DNA of 64,000 bases from Spirochaetia bacterium (GTDB taxonomy: Bacteria > Spirochaetota > Spirochaetia > SZUA-6 > Bin103): contig CBDAOI010000004.1 of the NCBI GenBank assembly GCA_965198005.1, positions 1,088,001 through 1,152,000 on the forward strand, read 5' to 3'. Below are positions 43,758-53,797 of the stretch, piece after piece; position 1 is the stretch's first letter; each line of letters starts with the position of its first letter. The translations under genes and the position numbers were made by a program. The notes under the pieces were generated by a model. It was not told the origin of the DNA. It saw only the letters and a program-made list of their open reading frames with translations, and ran no database searches.

Positions 43758-44048
43758 CTACGCTCGCAATGCCTGATCGACTGCTTCAGGATTCTCGGTA
43801 GCGACCTTCAGCAAAGCTCGAGCCGGTCCGTCGGGGCGCCGTCGCCCTTGCTCCCAATTCTGAAGCGTGGCTACGCTTACTCCGATCATGAGGGCGAACT
43901 CGGACTGCGAGCGCCGAAGCTTCTGCCGGACCGCCTTGATATCAACCGGCCTGATCTCGAAAATGCGCGATGGCTGCCGACTCCTCCGCTTGATATCGCT
44001 GGCCTCCTTGATGCTTGTCACCAACTCGCTGAAATCCTCTGCTCTCAT
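43758..44048 (-). CDS. HTH antitoxin (HigA2/NadS-like)
   Basis: SQSEFALMIGVSVATLQNWEQGRRRPDGPARALLKV. Confidence 0.9.
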   Translation of the reverse strand: MRAEDFSELVTSIKEASDIKRRSRQPSRIFEIRPVDIKAVRQKLRRSQSEFALMIGVSVATLQNWEQGRRRPDGPARALLKVATENPEAVDQALRA

Positions 44049-44362
44049 TTGAGCTCCTCTCGAATCAGCCTCGACAGTATGCTCAACTGCGGAGGACTCA
44101 GATCTTCCCGATCGCTCTTGGTGTAGAGGAACAACAAGTAGATTGTCTCCTCGGGTTTGTCCCAGTAATACAGCAACCTCACACCACCTCGCTTACCTGT
44201 ACCCGCCACGTTCCACCGCAGTTTCCTGAGCCCTCCGGTTCCACGAATCACTGATCCCTGTTCGGGACGAAGCAGCAGAGCCAACTGCAAGGATCGATAC
44301 CTGTCGTCGGACAACAGCCTGGTTACCTGGCGGGTGAAAACCGAAGTCTCAACAAACCGCAC
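44045..44362 (-). CDS. RelE/HigB2-family toxin
   Basis: FVETSVF, P..G.VI.GTGGLRKLRW...GKRGG.R..YY, Y.K...EDL; ATGA overlap with the antitoxin. Confidence 0.9.
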   Translation of the reverse strand: MRFVETSVFTRQVTRLLSDDRYRSLQLALLLRPEQGSVIRGTGGLRKLRWNVAGTGKRGGVRLLYYWDKPEETIYLLFLYTKSDREDLSPPQLSILSRLIREELK

Positions 44363-44409
44363 AGTAGAAGGTACGTCACTGGCGCACTGTCGTCAACACC
44401 GCCGCCGGC

Positions 44410-44545
44410 GCCTCGGCCTGGCCGCGACCACGCTGAACGTGGTGGTCGCGCTCCTGGTCGGCGGCGTGTCGGGATTCCTCGGCGGCAAGCTGGGTTTGGC
44501 GATACAGCGCTTCGTCGATGCGTGGATGGCGTTTCCGGGGCTCGG
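44410..44545 (+). pseudogene. Internal fragment of dppC-like permease
   Basis: GLAATTLNVVVALLVGGVSGFLGGKLGLAIQRFVDAWMAFPGL. Confidence 0.8.
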
Positions 44546-44677
44546 CATTTGACGGTTTGTCGCGGCGTGTGTTACACTGATGCACTGATGAATCCATGCA
44601 GTTTGGACCTGTGCGGATGATCCGCGACAACACTGCCCGGCGCTGCCACCGGTTACCTGTGACGGGGCCGGTGAGTA

Positions 44678-44696
44678 CCCCCCCCCCCCCCCCCCC
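44678..44696. repeat. C19 homopolymer
   Basis: 19 consecutive C in an intergenic region. Confidence 0.9.
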
Positions 44697-44780
44697 AACT
44701 TTTCACACACACCAGAAGCACTAGCCGCTCGGGCTGATCGCGGCCCATCCCCTGCGCGCGCATTCGCGTGCGCGGTGCCT

Positions 44781-45110
44781 GCCGGCGTTGCCGGCCATTC
44801 AGATCCCTGCTGCGCCGACCACCATCCGCTGGTAGCTCACCGCCGCCTCGCGTGGCGTGGTGACGCCTGTCCCGACGCCCGTCGGGCGGTCGGCGTGTGC
44901 ACGTGTGCAAGGAGGGAAGGGATGACGCCCCGCACCGGATACGACTAACGCCGCGCGCCCGAGCGGCCGGCGTCCGACTCGGCACCTGAGGATCTGCCGC
45001 CCTCGCTTTCCGGTTGCCTGCGACTGCGCAGGCGTACCGCGGAGTGGGCGAGGGGCCGGCAGTGAGGCAAGCACTCCCGGAAACGACTCGCAAGAACGAG
45101 GAGACATCTC
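44781..45110 (+). repeat. Conserved structured leader upstream of SBP gene, copy B
   Basis: Homologous to 38001-38295; long hairpin 44994-45062. Confidence 0.85.
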
Positions 45111-46903
45111 ATGAGATACGTTCCATTCAGAAAGTGCTTCGCGGTACTGTCCGTGCTCGTCCTGACCGCAACCGGCCTCTGGGCTGCCGCCGCAGCAGAG
45201 GAGCCGGCCGCCGCGATGGAGAAGGAAATGGTGACCGACCCCGCCACCGGCAAAATGATAACCGCGCCCCAGTATGGCGGGACCATCACTTTTGCCATGT
45301 TCCAGATGCCTAGTTCGAACACGGACGCCTATATCGGGGCGGGACACGTGGCGGGAATCATAGCCGGCCTCGTTACAGAAAAGCTCGGCATCCCGGATTG
45401 GGCGGTCGATAGGAATGTCAATGCTCTCACAAGTTCAGTCCTGCCTTTGAAACACATAAACGGGAACCTGGCGGCAAGCTGGGAGACGCCCGACGACACC
45501 ACCATTGTCTTCAAGATCCGCCAGGGCATTCACTTTCATGATAAGGCCCCGGCGAACGGTCGGGAACTCGTCGCGGATGATCTTGCCTATAACTTCCAAC
45601 GAATGTTCGCTCTGGGCAGGTTCGCTGGCAAAGACCGAGCCGGTCAGGCTTGGGGAACGATGGCGTTACCCATCGAATCGGTAGAGGCCCCGACGAAACG
45701 ACGCTGGTTATCAAGTTGAGTCAGCCCGACCAGGGCGCGCTGAACTGGCTCCTTAACTGTTGCCATATGTATATTTACCCTCCCGAGGTCATCGAGCAAT
45801 ACGGCAGCGTTACGGATTGGCGGAACCTCTCTGGCACCGGACCCTTCAGGATGACCGACTTGACCGAGGGCACCTCGGTAACCTATGAAAAGAACCAGAA
45901 CTACTGGAGAAACGACGAGAAATTCCCGCAAAACCGTTTGCCCTATGCGGACAAAGTCGTAGCCCTGATGATGGTAGAAGAGGCCACCCGGCTGGCGTCC
46001 CTGCGCGCGGGCAGGATTGATTATATGGGGTTCATGGGGCCGAACACATTTGTTTCATCTGTGGACACGGCAGCGAATGTAAAGAAAACCAACCCCGAAA
46101 TCGAGCAGTGGTCCTTTGCAATTCGGTCGTTAAACTCTTTTGCAATGAACGTCCAGAAACCACCCTTTAACGACATCCGGGTGCGTCAGGCGATGCAGAT
46201 GGCCCTGGATCTGGAGACCATCCATAATTCCTACCATCAAGGCTATGGAGAATGGGAACCCATGGGGCTGAATGGGCCTGCCTGGAAAGGGTATAACAAC
46301 CCGTATGAAACGTGGCCTGCCGAGGTCAAGAAAACCTATAGCTACGACCCGGAAGGGGCAAGAAGGCTTCTGGCGGAAGCCGGCTATCCCGATGGATTCA
46401 CGACCACGTTGAACACCGATCAAAACCAGTACGATACCGGCTATCGAGAATTGGTGGCTGGCTACTGGTCCAAGATTGGGGTTGAGGTTGAGATTATTGG
46501 CCAGGACACTGCGCAAATCAACGCTCTGGTGCAGGAGCGCAGTGCGGAAGGTTTGATCGATTTCGTTGGCATCGGGGCCGACTACGGGTCGCTTGGTCAA
46601 AACTTCTTTGCTAGTGGTACCTATAATCCTGGCGGAATCAGCGATTCGGCTTTTGACAGCATGGTGGAGGCAGCCGTGGGGGCTACCAACGAGGAGGAAC
46701 AGAAGAGGCTGGCGAAAGAGGCCGATATGTACGCGATCCGGCAGCAGTGGATTATCTGGGGGCCTCGCACTCCCAACGTGCAGCTAGGCCAGCCGTGGCT
46801 GGTCGGTTATAACGGTGAAATCGGGCTGGGTGCCTGTAGTTGGCAACTCCCCTTTTCCCGCCTGTGGATTGATCAGGAGCTAAAGGAAGAAATGGGATAT
46901 TAG
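45111..46903 (+). pseudogene. Family-5 (peptide/nickel) ABC substrate-binding protein with a single -1 frameshift at ~45690
   Basis: Signal peptide, LA.SWE.PD.TT..FKIRQG..FH, GTGPF, PPF.DIRVRQAM, YDPEGARRLLAEAGYPDGF; one C missing in GAGGCCCCGAC (EAPD). Confidence 0.85.
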
Positions 46904-46924
46904 GGCTTCGGCTCTCCCGGGTTT

Positions 46925-46968
46925 CGTGTGGGTAACGGGTCACCTTGACCATGACCCTTGCCCACACG
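46925..46968 (+). promoter_or_regulatory. Intergenic hairpin between SBP and permease
   Basis: CGTGTGGGTAACGGGTCA...TGACCCTTGCCCACACG. Confidence 0.55.
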
Positions 46969-46978
46969 TGTCTGTCCC

Positions 46979-47938
46979 ATGCGAACCTATCTCATCCGGC
47001 GGGTATTGCTGCTCGTCCCCACCTTGTTGATCTTGAGTATCATCGTCTTTCTCACGGTCCGCTTGCTGCCAGGCGATGTAATCGATGCCATGCTGACGGA
47101 CTTGGAATACACGACGGTTGCCATGGACCGCGAAAGGCTGGAGCGCATGCTGGGGTTGGATGCGCCTGTCCCTATCCAGTATGCCCGCTGGATCGGCAAG
47201 CTTCTCCTGCGGGGCACCCTCGGTGAATCACTGCTTGGCGGCCATTTGACTGTAGAGGAAAAGATCATCGCGCGATTGCCCGTGACCATTCAACTGGGGT
47301 TGGTGGCCATCGTCATCGGACTCGTAATCGCACTGCCGGTGGGCATTTGGTCGGCGGTGCGCCAGGATACGGCCACCGATCATCTGGGACGCAGCATCGC
47401 CATCATCGGGCTGGCCACGCCCAATTTCTGGCTGGCGCTGATGGTGATGATCTTTCCGGCCATCTGGTGGGGTTGGTCGCCCCCGACCTTCGTGATTCCC
47501 TTCACGGAAGATCCGCTGGGCAGTCTCGGCGTGTTCGTCATCCCGGGTTTGATTCTGGGGACGTACTATTCTGCCGCCACGATGCGGATGACGCGCACGA
47601 TGATGCTGGAAGTGCTGCGGCAGGACTATATCCGCACCGCCTGGTCCAAGGGCCTCAGGGAGCGAGTGGTCGTCATGCGGCACGCCATCAAGAATGCCCT
47701 CATCCCGGTGGTGTCCCTGATCGGTCTGCAGTTGCCGGTCCTGGTCGGGGGGGCAGTGATCATCGAGAACATCTTCAACCTGCCCGGGTTGGGGCAACTG
47801 ATGGTGAACTCGCTGTCTCGCCGCGACTACCCGGTGGTTTCCGGAATCAACCTGTTCTTCGGCGCCTTCATTGTGTTCAACAACCTGTTCATCGACCTGC
47901 TGTATGCCTATTTGGATCCCCGGATCCGTTATCGCTAG
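46979..47938 (+). CDS. Peptide ABC transporter permease (DppB-like)
   Basis: YLIRR, LLPGD, LGLD.P...QY..W, RMTRTMMLEVLRQDYIRTA..KGL, RDYPVV, LDPRIRY. Confidence 0.93.
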   Translation: MRTYLIRRVLLLVPTLLILSIIVFLTVRLLPGDVIDAMLTDLEYTTVAMDRERLERMLGLDAPVPIQYARWIGKLLLRGTLGESLLGGHLTVEEKIIARLPVTIQLGLVAIVIGLVIALPVGIWSAVRQDTATDHLGRSIAIIGLATPNFWLALMVMIFPAIWWGWSPPTFVIPFTEDPLGSLGVFVIPGLILGTYYSAATMRMTRTMMLEVLRQDYIRTAWSKGLRERVVVMRHAIKNALIPVVSLIGLQLPVLVGGAVIIENIFNLPGLGQLMVNSLSRRDYPVVSGINLFFGAFIVFNNLFIDLLYAYLDPRIRYR

Positions 47939-47942
47939 TCTC

Positions 47943-48845
47943 ATGACCCCCGCCCCTGAATCAAAGCGACGGAACGTGGTGGCCGATTTCTTTATCCGAT
48001 TGGTCAAGGAGAAACCCATGGGCACGCTCGGCGGGGTGATCATCTTGATTGTTGTCCTAGTCAGTGTCTTTGCCGACGTGCTGACGCCTTACCATTATGA
48101 TGAACAAGATGTGGTGATCCGGCTCCAGCGCGCTTCAGCCGAGCATTTGCTGGGGACGGATCACGTGGGTCGCGACTTCTTGAGCCGCAATATTTACGGG
48201 GCGCGGATTTCCCTGCTGGTCGGTCTGGCGGCAACCAGTGTGGCTGTAGTCGTAGCGATCCTGGTCGGTGCCGTCTCGGGCTATGCTGGCGGGCGATTGG
48301 ACCTGACGGTGCAGCGCTTTGTCGACGCCTGGATGGCGATTCCGGGGCTGCTGTTGTTGTTGACCATCATGTCCATCACGGGCCAGGGGGTGTTGCAGAT
48401 CATCGTGGTCCTGGGGGTGACCGGCGGCATCAGCAACTCACGAATCATTCGCGGGGCGGTGATCGGGGTCAAGGAGAATGTGTATTTCGAGGCCGCCAAG
48501 GCGCTGGGTTCCTCACGTTGGAGAATTCTGATCCGTCACATCCTGCCCAATATCTTACCGACCGCCATCGTCATCTTCAGCATCACCATCGGCAGCGTGA
48601 TCATCGCCGAAGCGTCACTGAGCTTCCTCGGATTCGGACTGCCCATCCGGATTCCCAGTTGGGGAGGACTGCTCAGCCGGGAAGGACGCAAGTACATGGA
48701 AGTGGCGCCCTGGCTGGCGATCTGGCCGGGAGTTTTTCTGACCATTGTCGTTTATGGGCTCAACATGTTCGGCGATGCGGTGCGCGACCTGCTCGACCCG
48801 CGGCTGCGCGGCGGCGGCCGTCTCGGTGCCGGCGACGCCGCGTAG
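47943..48845 (+). CDS. Peptide ABC transporter permease (DppC-like)
   Basis: HLLGTD..GRD.LSR.IYGARISL, RHILPN, EASLSFLGFG, GDAVRDLLDPR. Confidence 0.93.
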   Translation: MTPAPESKRRNVVADFFIRLVKEKPMGTLGGVIILIVVLVSVFADVLTPYHYDEQDVVIRLQRASAEHLLGTDHVGRDFLSRNIYGARISLLVGLAATSVAVVVAILVGAVSGYAGGRLDLTVQRFVDAWMAIPGLLLLLTIMSITGQGVLQIIVVLGVTGGISNSRIIRGAVIGVKENVYFEAAKALGSSRWRILIRHILPNILPTAIVIFSITIGSVIIAEASLSFLGFGLPIRIPSWGGLLSREGRKYMEVAPWLAIWPGVFLTIVVYGLNMFGDAVRDLLDPRLRGGGRLGAGDAA

Positions 48846-48849
48846 GCGT

Positions 48850-49591
48850 CGCCGGCGCGCACGCGGTGGAGGTGCACGCGGGTGCCGGTGGTCCGCTGCT
48901 GCGCGAACAGGTGCTCGCGCACCACATTCACGGCCTGGCCGGGTTGGCACCGGGGGCGATTCCGCCGCCGGCGCGGTCGGCCGCCAGCGCGGACGCGGTG
49001 GGCTACCTGGCGCGGCGCCTGGTGGAGCAGCCGGGCGAGATCACGCTGGTCGCAATCGGCCCGCTGACCAATGTCGCATTGCTCGCGGGCGCCCACCCCG
49101 AGGCGGTCCGCGCCGCGCGCGGGCTGGCGCTGATGGGCGGCGGAGTTCAACATCTACGCCGATCCGGAGGCCGCGCCATCGCCCTGGCGGCGCCGTTCGC
49201 AAGCCGCGTCATCGCCCCCCTCGACCTGACCCATCAGGCGCTGGCGGGCGCGCCCGAGATCGAGCGGCTGCGGGCCGCCTCCCACCCGCGGCTGGATGCG
49301 TTGGCCGACCTGCTGCAATTTGCCCGGGCATCGGAGAGCCGCCACTACGGGTTGGATGCGGCGGTGCTGCACGACCGGTGCGTGGTCGGCTATCTGATCG
49401 ACCCCGGCGCCTTCACCGGCGAGGATCTGCGCGTGGAAGTCGAGACCCGCGGTGCGCTGACCTACGGCCAGCTGGTGGTCGACGTGTGGCGCCGCACCGG
49501 CCAGCCGGCCAACGCCCACGTGCTGCGCCAGCTCGACCGCGACCGGTTCCTGGAGCTGCTGCTGAGCACGGTTGAGCGCCTCGCCGACTGA
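48850..49591 (+). pseudogene. Nucleoside hydrolase, truncated and deleted
   Basis: IHG..GL, TLVAIGPLTNVA, LMGG, LDLTHQ, LHD, VETRG.LT.GQ.VVD; N-terminal DxDxxxDD and the EFN segment are missing. Confidence 0.75.
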
Positions 49592-49629
49592 CCAGCACCC
49601 TTGCCGGACGGGCTCAGTTGAGCGCACTG

Positions 49630-49790
49630 AGCAAAATACGCTCCACTTCGTAAGCGACGAGGAATTGCTATTCAGGACCAGCGAACTGGCACGTCACGAG
49701 ACCGAGTTCACCATCTATACGATCCAACACTTGGACGAAATAGAGCGCCGCGAGCTGTACGATAGGCGCGGCTATCCGAGTCTGTTCGAG
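49630..49790 (+). pseudogene. N-terminal remnant of a DUF222/HNH-type protein
   Basis: SDEELL.....L...E.......HL.EIERRELY...GYPSLF pattern. Confidence 0.5.
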
Positions 49791-49879
49791 CTACCGCTCC
49801 GCTCCAGCCGCGGCGGGCGCTCGGTCGCAACATCAGAACGCGAGCGATAATACGTAGTCGGAGTCACGAACATACGTGC

Positions 49880-50045
49880 CGAGGTCCTGATCGGGGTGTT
49901 CACCGGCATCGTCGGCGCCGGCGGCGGATTTGTTATCGTCCCCGCCCTGGCCGTGTACGTGCGCCTGCCGATGCGGGTCGCGGTCGGCACCTCGCTCACC
50001 ATCATCGCCGCCAAGTCGCTGATCGGCTTCCTCGGCGACGTGCGA
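49880..50045 (+). pseudogene. TauE/SafE sulfite exporter fragment
   Basis: G..TG.VGAGGGF.IVPAL.....LPMR.AVGTSL.IIAAKSLIGFLGD. Confidence 0.75.
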
Positions 50046-50068
50046 GAATTGTCGAACAGTGGCGAGAC

Positions 50069-50497
50069 CTACCTCCGCGTATCGGGGTGTGGTATCGCTA
50101 CAACTTTGAGCTTGGTGATGCTCTGATAGTCGTCTGGGTTGACCGTATAGAGCGGCAGTCCATTGGCAATTGCCGTGGCAGCGATCAACGCGTCATAGGC
50201 ACGGGCGGCCGGCTTGCGTCCCGCACTCCGCAGGTCGGCGGCCACCTGCCCGAACGCACGCGCGGCCGCCGCATCAAACGGAATCGGTGCGAAATCGGCT
50301 TCGGCCTGCTGGACGTGGGCTTGCCTGGCCGCGCGCTCAGATTCGGTGGCCGCGATCAGGGGGCCGACTGACAGCTCCGCAAGGGAGATCGTCGTGATGG
50401 CCGACACCGCCGGGAGATGCTTTGGATCCTGCAAGCGTGGCAACAGTATCAGCGTGTTGGTGTCGAGTACGCCGCGCTGCGGTACAACGTCACTCAC
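50069..50497 (-). CDS. vapC: VapC PIN-domain toxin
   Basis: LDTN, LAEL, FD..AA..FG, YDALIAATA, YT.NP.D. Confidence 0.9.
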   Translation of the reverse strand: MSDVVPQRGVLDTNTLILLPRLQDPKHLPAVSAITTISLAELSVGPLIAATESERAARQAHVQQAEADFAPIPFDAAAARAFGQVAADLRSAGRKPAARAYDALIAATAIANGLPLYTVNPDDYQSITKLKVVAIPHPDTRR

Positions 50498-50730
50498 AGG
50501 GCGGGATCAAGAGTCTCATCGAGATCACGCCGGAATTCATTCACATCGACGTAGGGCAGATGTTTCCAGCTTGCGAGCAGCGTAGTCGCGTCCGGTCCGC
50601 GTGTGGGCACGGGGCCCAACTCGGCAACCGGCCGTCCGGATCGAGTTATGGTGAGCCGTTCGCCGTTGAGCACACGGTCTATCACCTCGCGCCCATGGTT
50701 TCTGAGGTCGCGGATGGTAACGCTTTCCAT
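50494..50730 (-). CDS. Phd/YefM-family antitoxin
   Basis: VTIRDLRN...VIDRV..GE..TITR.GRPVAEL; overlaps vapC. Confidence 0.9.
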   Translation of the reverse strand: MESVTIRDLRNHGREVIDRVLNGERLTITRSGRPVAELGPVPTRGPDATTLLASWKHLPYVDVNEFRRDLDETLDPAL

Positions 50731-50740
50731 GGCTCGAATA

Positions 50741-50756
50741 GTATCACGGGTGATAC
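50741..50756. promoter_or_regulatory. Putative TA operator palindrome
   Basis: GTATCAC-GG-GTGATAC immediately upstream of the antitoxin start. Confidence 0.6.
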
Positions 50757-50834
50757 GCCGAAACAAGCTGGTTGGCAGCCTGCGTTCGACCCTTTGGGAC
50801 AATCGTTCCGGGTCTCTGTTTGATCTCTGCGCGT

Positions 50835-50984
50835 CAGCTCAAGTTCGACCTCTACCCGAAGTCGGCGGTTCCCGAGTACTGGATCGTAGACCCCGACAAC
50901 CGCCACGTGCGCCGGTATCTGTTGGCCGACGGCAGCTACCGTTACGACGGCAACTACGACGCGGCGATCGACCTCGTCTGGTAG
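50835..50984 (+). pseudogene. Uma2 family C-terminal fragment
   Basis: KFDLY....VPEYWIVDP. Confidence 0.65.
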
Positions 50985-51020
50985 CGTGTGCCGTGGCGCC
51001 CGCATGAGGACCGCTGTCGC

Positions 51021-51236
51021 TCACCGAAGTAGCGCCATTACGCAGTGCCTGCTGCAGGTCCATTCGCGCCAGCCCTGAGCGTTGCCGCCGGTGGGCGCCT
51101 GCTGCGCCTGGCGAATGCAGTCGAGCACCACGCTGCGCTCCACCGGCCGGTCGTAATCGAGCCGGCGACGGACGGCGCGGGTGGTGGTGAGCAGGTGGTC
51201 GACTACCTGCAGATCGAGCGTGTCTGGTGCAGCCAC
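51021..51236 (-). pseudogene. Nitroreductase family N-terminal fragment
   Basis: VDHLLTTTRAVRRRLD.DRPV......CI..AQQAPTGGNAQGWR, then unrelated sequence. Confidence 0.75.
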
Positions 51237-51291
51237 CCGGCCGGGGAGGAGAGCTTGACAGCGAAGCGCAAGTGCGGTGGGCTACCGCAGC

Positions 51292-52197
51292 ATGAAGTTC
51301 GGAGCTCAGGTAAACACCTTTGGCCCACCGTGGGCCGACATCCGCGTATCCATCCAGTCGATGGAAGCTGGCCGCTGGAACAGCCTGTGGGCCGCTGACC
51401 ACTTCCTCTCGCCGTTCGGGCGGACGCAGGAGCACATGAATGCTTTCGAGAGCTTCACCGTGCTCTCGGTTGCCGCCGGGATGACCGAGCGGCTCGAGCT
51501 CGGCACGCTGGTGATGGGCAACACCTACCGCAACCCGGGGCTGGTGGCAAAGATCGCAACCAGCCTGGACCAGGCGTCCAAGGGCCGCTTCATCCTGGGG
51601 CTCGGTGCCGCCTGGTTCAAACGCGAACACGAGGCCTACGGATGGGAGTTCCCGCCGGTGAAGGAACGGTCGGACCGACTCGAGGAAGCGGCCGGCCTCA
51701 TCCGCACGCTGTTCACCGCCGACCGGCCGGTCGACCACCGGGGTAAATACTATCGGCTCGATCAGGCACCGCTTGCGCCGACCAGCTATCGGCAGCCGCA
51801 CATTCCGCTCATGATCGGTGGCAACGGCGAGCGCCGCACGCTGCGGACTCTGGCGATGTACGGCGACGTCTTCAACTTCAACGGTTGGGAGGCGGAGATG
51901 TCGCCGGAGACGGTCCAGCACAAGCTGAGCGTCCTCGCGCGTCACTGCGACGACATCGGTCGCGATCCGGCAGAGATCAGGAACACGCTTCACATGCCCC
52001 TGACCCTGACCGACGAAGGGTCCTCGGAAAGCCCTGCCACACTCGGACCCGGGTTGACGAAGGCACCCGTGAGCCTCGTTGTCGATCGCGTCGGGGCGCT
52101 GGAGCGTGTCGGGATCGCCGAGATCATATTCCAGCCACAACCCGACGTGGCGGCCCTGCAACGCCTCGACGAAGAGGTCCTCGCGGCATTCGGGTAG
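51292..52197 (+). CDS. Luciferase-like monooxygenase (LLM) class oxidoreductase, probably F420-dependent
   Basis: W.ADHF, LGTLV.GNTYRNP..VAK....LD..S.GR.ILGLGAAW...EH.AYG, IGG.GE.RTL. Confidence 0.88.
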   Translation: MKFGAQVNTFGPPWADIRVSIQSMEAGRWNSLWAADHFLSPFGRTQEHMNAFESFTVLSVAAGMTERLELGTLVMGNTYRNPGLVAKIATSLDQASKGRFILGLGAAWFKREHEAYGWEFPPVKERSDRLEEAAGLIRTLFTADRPVDHRGKYYRLDQAPLAPTSYRQPHIPLMIGGNGERRTLRTLAMYGDVFNFNGWEAEMSPETVQHKLSVLARHCDDIGRDPAEIRNTLHMPLTLTDEGSSESPATLGPGLTKAPVSLVVDRVGALERVGIAEIIFQPQPDVAALQRLDEEVLAAFG

Positions 52198-52218
52198 AGA
52201 GGCTGCGGATAGACGCCG

Positions 52219-52992
52219 TTACTGCGCCAGATAGCCTCCATCCACCGGTAGCGCGACGCCGGTAACGAACGACGCCGAGTCCGAGCACAGCCACAGGACC
52301 GCGCTGGCGATCTCTTCGGGCTGCCCCATCCGGCCGCCGGGGTAGGCCCGCACCAAGTGCTCCTTGCGCTCCGGGTTCTCGAGATAGGAGCGAGTCATCG
52401 GCGTTTCGATATGTCCGGGACACACCGCGTTAACCCGAATGCCCGCCGTGGCGCAGTCGAGCGCCGCACACTTGGTCAGCCCAACGACCCCGTGCTTGCT
52501 GGCGTTGTAGGCAGGCTGCCGCTCGCCGATCATGCCATCGGTGCCGCTACCTGCCAGCCCCCAGATCGAGGCGACATTACAGATGGAGCCCCTGCCTGCC
52601 GGGACCATGTGGCGCAGCTGCTGCTGCATGCAAAGGAACACGCCGCTGAGGTTGATGCTGATGGTCTGCTGCCAGCGCTCCCACGAGAGCTCCAGAATCG
52701 ACTGGCCCTCGCCACCGACACCGGCAGCGTTGAGCGCGCAGTCGAGCTGGCCGTACGCGTCGACGGCCGCTTGCGTCATCGCCTCGACCGCCGCTGGGTC
52801 GGTAACGTCGGCCGCGAGGGCAATCGCCTTGCCTCCAGCCGCCTCGATGGCATGAGCCGTCTCTTCGGCGCCCTGGCGGTTCGCGTCGGTCACCGCCACA
52901 CGCGCCCCTTCCCGCGCGAACGCCACCGCGGTCGTGCGGCCAATACCCGAGCCGCCGCCCGTAATCAGTGCCACCTTGCCGTCGAACATCAT
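52219..52992 (-). CDS. Short-chain dehydrogenase/reductase
   Basis: TGGGSGIG, NAAG, YNASKHG, NAVCPG, VDGG. Confidence 0.93.
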   Translation of the reverse strand: MMFDGKVALITGGGSGIGRTTAVAFAREGARVAVTDANRQGAEETAHAIEAAGGKAIALAADVTDPAAVEAMTQAAVDAYGQLDCALNAAGVGGEGQSILELSWERWQQTISINLSGVFLCMQQQLRHMVPAGRGSICNVASIWGLAGSGTDGMIGERQPAYNASKHGVVGLTKCAALDCATAGIRVNAVCPGHIETPMTRSYLENPERKEHLVRAYPGGRMGQPEEIASAVLWLCSDSASFVTGVALPVDGGYLAQ

Positions 52993-53797
52993 CGCGCACT
53001 CACCGGCGCGCGCCGCGCCGCCACCCTAACGAAGCGGTCGCTGATCATCAGCTCCGGTTCTAACATCGCCTTGAGTCTCCCTTCGTGGCACCGTCCTCTA
53101 TAATCTCCGTCCGCGTCAAGAGCGCCACAGCAGTTCTCGGTGAACGAGTGCTGGAGGCAGGTTGCACCACCGGCTGCGTTACCGCCAGCCGGTGGGAGCG
53201 CTGGGACGTGTCGTCACGCATCACCGTGCCCATGAGAATGCAGTAATCCACAGCGCGCGGCAAACAGTCAAGCTCTCCCACGCGATCACCTCATGATGTG
53301 GGGTGATGTGTACGGGACCCGTTCGGCGTTGGCCTTCCCTCGCGCGCGATTGCCCGGTGAGGTGTCGTCGGAGGTGGCGGTAAGCGACCTGGCACAGGCA
53401 GCGTCGTGGGGTCAGCTGGCAGGGCGCGCCGGCTGACCCACACCGGAGCCCAGGGTGGAGCCGTGCAGCAAGCGCCTGCTGGCGGCGCAGGGAGCACACC
53501 AGTCCCCCGGCCAGGTCTCCCGGCGCGGTTACCCGGACGCGGTATGCGCGGTACCCGGTCCGACGCAGGCACTAATATTAACCGCTCCGGCTGACCACCC
53601 CGCACGCTCCGCGCTGTGCCCGCCCGGCGGGTCGCGCACCTTCGACTGCACATCCCTTCGGCGACCGCCTCCGGAGCCGCACGCGCACCGTACCGCCGCT
53701 CGGTGGCGGCCGACTCGGCCCAGCGCCGAACCGGCCTGCCGGCCGTCCGCGCGTACATCGTCGGCCGCCACCGCCCCGTGCCCGGGGCCTCGCAGCG

